Source: the human T2T-CHM13v2.0 reference genome, Homo sapiens
Reading direction: 5' to 3' (one strand)
NCBI RefSeq assembly: GCF_009914755.1
Contig: NC_060947.1
DNA length: 64,000 nt
The notes beneath the pieces were generated by a model that saw only the letters and a list, made by a program, of their open reading frames with translations, did not search any database and was not told where the DNA came from. Positions 57,736 through 64,000 of the stretch are shown here, one piece after another. Every line of letters begins with the position of its first letter. Within the stretch, counting starts at the first letter, position 1. The position numbers and the translations under genes are program-made.

Positions 57736-60638
57736 CCAGCTAATGTTCTTTTAAATATATTGAGTCCCTTTCTGCCACTCATCTGGAATGGGTTCTCAAG
57801 CCCAGTGAGGAATCCCAATAAATTCTGGTTCTTAGTCTATTTTAAAAACACTAAGTATACATACAATTTGTAATAAAATTTTAAGTTATAAATATAATGG
57901 ATGCACACTGTTACTTCTTAAAATAAGACCATAACATTATACAAGCTGCTGGTTTCTTTGCTTTTCTGGTCACTTTCTCCACCTCTACCTAATCAGGTCC
58001 CAACATTGTGCAAAGACTTCTCCTCCTCTTTGTCCCCTTGGCACACACACTCACATAAGAATCAGCTAAGAGAATAGTTTGTCAGGTACTTTTCCTCTTA
58101 AAACCTAACATCTGAGGAACGTGGATTTTAATTATTGATGATGTGTGTGGAGTTTCAGTGTCACGCATTTTCTTCTGAGTTACAGAATCCTCTGGGGGAT
58201 ATTTCACAATACCTTTGTGTGTAGTTGCTATGAAGGAATTAACCTGTAAACCTCTGGGATGATTGAATTGTGGGTCAACTAAAATGCAATCTAGCTAAGA
58301 CTTCTGCCTACGATCTCGCCTGTGTGTTTCTTTTTGTTGGTTTTTAGATACAGTGCTTTCTATTCCATATGGCTATTTAGTAAGCAGTCTCTTTTTGATA
58401 GCTTGTACCTCTGTGATTCAATTTCTGTTGTCTTTTTTTTCTTTAATTGAATGATATAGTAAATATGAACTTGTGCCATCATTAGAATAATGTGCATATA
58501 TTCACATAGAAGGTGGGGCTTATGAACCTTGTATTAAGGATTTAGTGAGAGGAAATAAGGACTTTGCCCTCTCAGACCTGGCACAGCAGCTGCAGCAGTT
58601 TCATCATAAGGTCTGTGGTCTGCACGCACAAAACAGCGTGGGCTCAAGTAAAATGCCTCTGGACAGGTGAGAAGGATGGAAGCCTCTATTTCTGGCACCT
58701 CTCTGAAGATCAGGATGCTACAAGATCCACAGAGAGACTTATCAGTATTAGCCAGGTTGACCTGGCAAGAGCAAGGGGAATTGTTTATGTTGGCTACTCG
58801 TTCCCCTAATGGCCATTTTAGGATGAAAATAAACCTTAGTAAGTCTGTTTCAGAGCATTTTGGATACCCCTTGGCATATTGCCAAACCTATCTGTAAGTT
58901 TTCTTTGAGTATAATTTTAAAGTAATATGTATCATCACACAGAAGCCTTTTCAGTTCTGATCTAACTTTTCTGATGCCATGATTATAGCTTTACTCTGTC
59001 TCATCACCAAGCCTAAATTAATAGTAGCTAGTGGTACTTTGCTACCCATAAAATTTGAGCTGTGTTGTAAGCACACAGAAAATGAGATGCCAGGAATAAG
59101 CAAGAAAGGGAGAGCCTCAGCCTGGTTACTTCTGATGGAAGGCTGGGCCTGCCATCCTGGCTTGTGGTTGATTTGGGAGCATATAAGGTGGTGCTGGTCC
59201 TTCACCAGGCCAGTCATGTAGTTTATCCACGGTCTCCTATCTCTCTCCTCCCCGAACCACAGCGTTGGCTGCTTGCTGATCAATTCTTCTGAGAAAGAAG
59301 CAAAACCTCCATGAGAAAGGTAACATATGCTGATGATTGATTTAGGGATTTGAGGTCTCTGAGGAGCTCAGACACACAATTGCTTTGGTGAACTCCGAAC
59401 TTACTCATTGCACCTCACAGCAGGAGAGAGATGTTTTAAAAAAAAAAGTCCCTTGCTTTTCAGTTCGAAAGTCATGTTTGAGACATGACTTTCCTGTGGG
59501 TGCTTGCAAAAGTACATGTGTGGAGTGAATGTGTGTTGATGAGAGCCAAGAAAAAATTTATACATATGATAGTGGCTTTTGTCTTGGGCTTATCTTTGTA
59601 TGGTTTTTATCCTTAGTGAGAAACATTTTTATAGCAAGAAGAATGTGATAAAATGCCAGTTAGAGTGTTTTATGGATCTTTAGCCCTTTGCTTGTAGGTG
59701 AGTTTTTTCCTTCAACTACCTGGCAATTTCTTTGAACACCCGCCGCACGTCCACCACCAACCACTACTACCACCACATATGGTCTTAGTCACCTAAGGGT
59801 ATGCCGCAGCCTAACCATTTTCTCCCTTGTCTGTTTAATCTTTTCTTCTTTGTCTTTAGCCTTGTTATTTCCCCAGATTACTGGCCCTTTCTGGTCCAGA
59901 GTGGCATTCTTATCATTTCTGATAGTTCTTCACAGAGGTTCAGAGGGTATAGCAAATAGATGGCTAACATGAAACTTCTTCTCCTTTCTTAACTCTACAA
60001 TTGGTTGCTTATTCATTTGTTAAATGGACAGGTACAGAACATTGACTGTGTGCAAGGTACACAGCTCCCACCCTCAAGAGGTTGTGCTCCTGGATATGCA
60101 CAGGAGGATGGGTAGGGTACAGAAGGACCATGGTATACTGCAGAGTGACTTTGAGGAGGCTGAGAGGAGTGAGTACAGTGTGTACCATAAGAATTTAGGA
60201 TATAGAGTGATAGATGGATAGGTAAGAAGATAGGATGGATAGAATTCTAGGTAAGAGGATCATCATGAACAAAGGTTGGGAACTGCCCAGAGAATAGCTG
60301 TTTTCCTGGAACCATATAGAGTGGAGTTCAAGCTTCTGAACAGAGCTGGTTCATCAGGAGTGTTTGAGTATGACAATAGCAATATTGGAGAAGGCCTTCC
60401 TCTTCTGGTTATTCTTAGATTCCTAGCACATGAGTGCTGGAAGGGGCGTGTCTAACCCAGTTTCCACGTTATTGAGAGGAACATGAGTCCCTCTAAGGCT
60501 TAACCTTGACTTGGTCAAGGTTAGAATGTTGGATGTTTTCTCTCCCATGCAATATGGTGTTCATAGTATTGTGTTTGTTTGCACCCACTGGCAAACTTAT
60601 AAAGACCACCAAGGTCTTTATAAGGAGTCTTTCTCTGA

Positions 60639-60754
60639 GAAGTCATTATACAAAAAAGAAACACGTTTATAGCAGCACGATTCGCAATTGCAAAAATATA
60701 GAACCAGTCCAAATGCCCATCAATCAATGAGTGGATAAAGAAAATGTGGTGTAT

Positions 60755-60786
<32 letters not shown>

Positions 60787-61158
60787 ACACACACACACAC
60801 CATGGAATGCTACTAAGCCATAAAAAGGAATGAAGTAATGGCATTTGCAGCAACCTGGATGGAATTGGAGACCATTATTCTAAGTGAAGTAACTCAGAAA
60901 TGGAAAACCAAACATCGTATGTTCTCACTCATAAGTGGGAGCTAATCTGTGAGAATGCAAAAAGCATAGGAATGATACAATGCACTTTGGGGACTGGGGA
61001 GAAAGGATGGGAGCAGGATGAGTGATAAAAGACTACACATTGGGTACAGTGTACACTGCTCAGGTGATGAGTGCACCAAAATCTCAGAAATCACCGCTAA
61101 AGAATTTATTCATCTAACCAAACACCACTTGTTCCCCAAAAACCTATTGAAATTAAAA
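60639..61158 (+). mobile_element. 5'-truncated L1PB-like element with internal (CA)n
   Basis: L1PB 3' UTR (gggtacagtgtacactgctcaggtgatgagtgcaccaaaatctcagaaatcacc). TSD AGTCTTT[C/T]TCTGA at 60626-38 and 61159-71. Confidence 0.9.
60753..60801. repeat. Interrupted (AC)n microsatellite inside L1PB
   Basis: About 23 units with one AG interruption. Confidence 0.95.
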
Positions 61159-63659
61159 AGTCTTTTTCTGAAAATGGAGTATTTGTGTAATTTACATTTT
61201 ATGACCATTTTAACAAACTGGTATAGGTTTTGCACTTACATGAGGAGAGGGTTCATATACAAAGCAATGATTGCATTAGGATAAATTATGTTATGAAAGA
61301 AAAGGCATTAAAATGATCTTGGTACTGTTTGCCTTAAAATCAGGATTTGTGTTAACTTTGACATACTGCATGTAAGATTTGTTCTGGTAGTAACTGAACT
61401 TCATGAAATCACTGGTCACAGAAATGTAAGTTATCAGACTCTCATACTTGATTAGCAGTATACATTTTCATTAAAGCAATCACATTCCAATAAGGACCAG
61501 CAATAGCAGTTCACGGAATGCAGCTGCTCAGTTTGTATTTGAAGTGTTCGTGTATCTTTGGGAGCAATACCATGAAGTCACAAGTTTCCGAATGAGGCAT
61601 ATATTCAGCCTAAACACCGACTAGCTTAACTGAATTTTTGCTTTTGTTCAATACATTTACATTGTGATGTTTACAGCTTAGGCTGATAATGCTACAGTGG
61701 AAAGTATGGGGGAAATTTCTCTTTGGTCCCATTTTAAATCACCTCGCAGTATTTACCAGATGTAGAAGTTGTGTACGTATGTGGTATCTGATAAGCTCTG
61801 TTTTATAAAATACAGGTTCTAAGACCCAGAGAAATGAAAAAAATATATTTTTTTTCTCAATGGAATAGTAAGCATTTACTCTGTGCCTGGCACTGTGCTA
61901 GGCATTAGTAAAAGATGGCACAGGCACTGTCCTTTTCTACATAGTGTCCATTGCATTTTTACCCCTAATGACTTGACAGTTGATTCTTAAAATTTGATTT
62001 TAGCAGGTAAAAGGCATTTTATGTTTCCGTGTTGGGGAGTATGGCAGAAGAGGCTGCTCAAGGAAAGTACTTTTTTAAACAACCACCGGGTGTCAGCAGA
62101 GGACTTAGAACTCTTGGCAACATCTGTGTTCTTGGTTTTCTTGGATTTAATTTGCTAGGCCATCTCCATTGGAATTTTTGAAAGGCAGTCAACCTCCACG
62201 GGGCCACTTTCTCCCAAATATTAGTGTCAAACACTTTCACCGCAACACTGCATCACGATTGTTTATCTTTGCCTAATAAAACTAGCACTAGTTCCTCAAT
62301 CTTTTTCTGATTTAAAACCTTTAATTCTGTCTTTCATGGTGAAGGTTCTACAAAGTAGACAGGCTGCCAGGGTGGGGAAGTGTCACCAAACTCTAGTTGT
62401 TTTTACTGACCTCTCCCCCCATACAGGTAAAGCTCACACTTACCTTATGCAGTGAAAAGTACAGGGACCATTCTTTGTCCTGCACACACACACAAAAATC
62501 TGATAATGGAGCTTGATGGTTCCAAATTACAGAAAGTATTTTCAGAGTATAAAGGAGAGAGGTCTAAGCATCTTCACTGGCCCAGCCATTTGGTTCATGG
62601 TATAGCATATATTTGGTGGTGGTCACAGATATTAGGAACTGTGTATTGATTGACAAGGGAAACCTTGGCAAGGTGGGTATGGATTTGTATCATGCCAATT
62701 CTCTCCAGTTTTCTCACCTTGACTCCTCACTTGAGTGAGCAAACTAGACAGGGATCCAAGGCATTTGGTATGAGACATTAGGCTCTAGGGTGGGGCCAAA
62801 CTGGAGATGGTCTTTCTTGGACACCCAGGTTTCTTTCAAGCTTCATGCGGTATCAGAAGTGGTAGCAGTTACAAGGCTGTCAGTTTGAGTTGCTAAGCTA
62901 TTGGTGACCTGAAAGACCAGCTTGGGAGATGGTTAGAGACATAAAGCAACCCCAGTGGCTTTAGCAGCTAAAGCTGCCAGGGCGTGTGGCCTGCAGGGGG
63001 TGGGGTGTTAGGCATAGTATGCACCCTGGAATCTATCCCATAAAGTAAAGGCCTGATTGATGCAGGGTTCTAGTTTAGACATGCTATAGGGATTTCCTTT
63101 GGACTGATCAGTGGGATTTGGCAAATCGCATTACAGCTAATTCCAGGAACTATGCAGATTCTTCTGTTGTTTTATATTGAATAAAATATTAAGACAGCAC
63201 ATCAATAGGGATTCAAAAATATTTGGAATATTTTGTTTTTGTGGAAATTTCTGCAATAATAGTCAAAGGGAATCACTGTGTTCCTGAAAACATTGTGCAG
63301 GATGTCCATAAAATATACTGTGTACACACATGCCATCAAAGAGGGCAGCTGTCATTCTTCATGGGGTTATACCCAGCTTGGTGTCAGGCAGCAGCTGGGG
63401 GAAGGCTCTCAGACCTGTCGTATGATGTGCTTTGTAAACTGCTTTTTAAAAAAGAAGTTCTTTATTGTTGGCTTGACTTCTAATTAACACAATAATTGCA
63501 TATGGGATTGTGTAAGGGGCACGTTTATTGGGGAAAATAAATGAAGTGTCTTTATGATGATTTTAGTTAACACTCTCTGACATTTCTCGTTGCTCAGGGA
63601 ATCCTACAGCAAGTACCGTCTTATTCACGGAAACTTGAGTCTTCAAATTTGGCCACATT

Positions 63660-63720
63660 GCTCTGTGCTGATTCTCACCTCTCTTGGCAATAGCTTCACA
63701 CTCTCCTCTCCCTCTTTCAG
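63660..63720 (+). promoter_or_regulatory. 3' splice site (polypyrimidine tract plus CAG) of the TSPAN7 exon
   Basis: cttcacactctcctctccctctttcag, with possible branch motifs ctgat and ctcac near 63668-63678. Confidence 0.85.
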
Positions 63721-63909
63721 ATCACTGGGGTGATCCTGCTGGCTGTTGGAGTCTGGGGCAAACTTACTCTGGGCACCTATATCTCCCTTATTGCCGAGAA
63801 CTCCACAAATGCTCCCTATGTGCTCATCGGAACTGGCACCACTATTGTTGTCTTTGGCCTGTTTGGATGCTTTGCTACATGTCGTGGTAGCCCATGGATG
63901 CTGAAACTG
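63721..63909 (+). CDS. TSPAN7: Tetraspanin-7 internal coding exon (exon 2; 63 codons, phase 0/0)
   Basis: Pyrimidine tract plus ttcag ends at 63720 and gtgagt starts at 63910. Translation is ITGVILLAVGVWGKLTLGTYISLIAENSTNAPYVLIGTGTTIVVFGLFGCFATCRGSPWMLKL: end of TM1, small extracellular loop with an NST sequon, TM2 and the tetraspanin GC..C intracellular loop. It matches TSPAN7 as I recall it. Confidence 0.96.
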
Positions 63910-64000
63910 GTGAGTATGTCACAACATAATACTGCTTTCTCAACTATATTTTTGTAAAAATATAAATTACATGGAGGTGAAGTGGTTCGTCTTGAGGTCA

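Noticed and set aside
63730-63957. 75-aa ORF as a standalone gene
   Set aside because: It is the TSPAN7 exon read through its donor site. The real boundaries are 63721 and 63909.

Overview
This window is primate (almost certainly human) genomic DNA, not prokaryotic. About 63.7 kb is a repeat-rich intron, inferred to be the 3' part of TSPAN7 intron 1. It ends in a 189-bp coding exon (63721-63909, +) recognised as the tetraspanin TSPAN7 (TM4SF2/TALLA-1), with canonical AG/GT boundaries. The intron holds a twin-primed, 5'-inverted L1PA3-like insertion with a TSD, older L1M/L1PB/L1PA4 pieces, about 10 Alus, many MIR/L2 fragments, hAT and mariner MITEs (MER5, MER58, MER107, MER33, MADE1), MaLR/ERV LTR relics, a U7 snRNA retropseudogene and microsatellites. 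Nearly all listed ORFs are spurious or repeat-derived. I found no convincing new biological system. The best second-look items are a 121-bp palindrome split by the L1 insertion, a MADE1 hairpin with mirrored changes in both arms, candidate recursive-splice AG|GT sites, and a compact RUNX/GATA/AP-1 motif cluster. Repeat subfamily calls come from remembered consensus sequences, and boundaries of old repeats are approximate.
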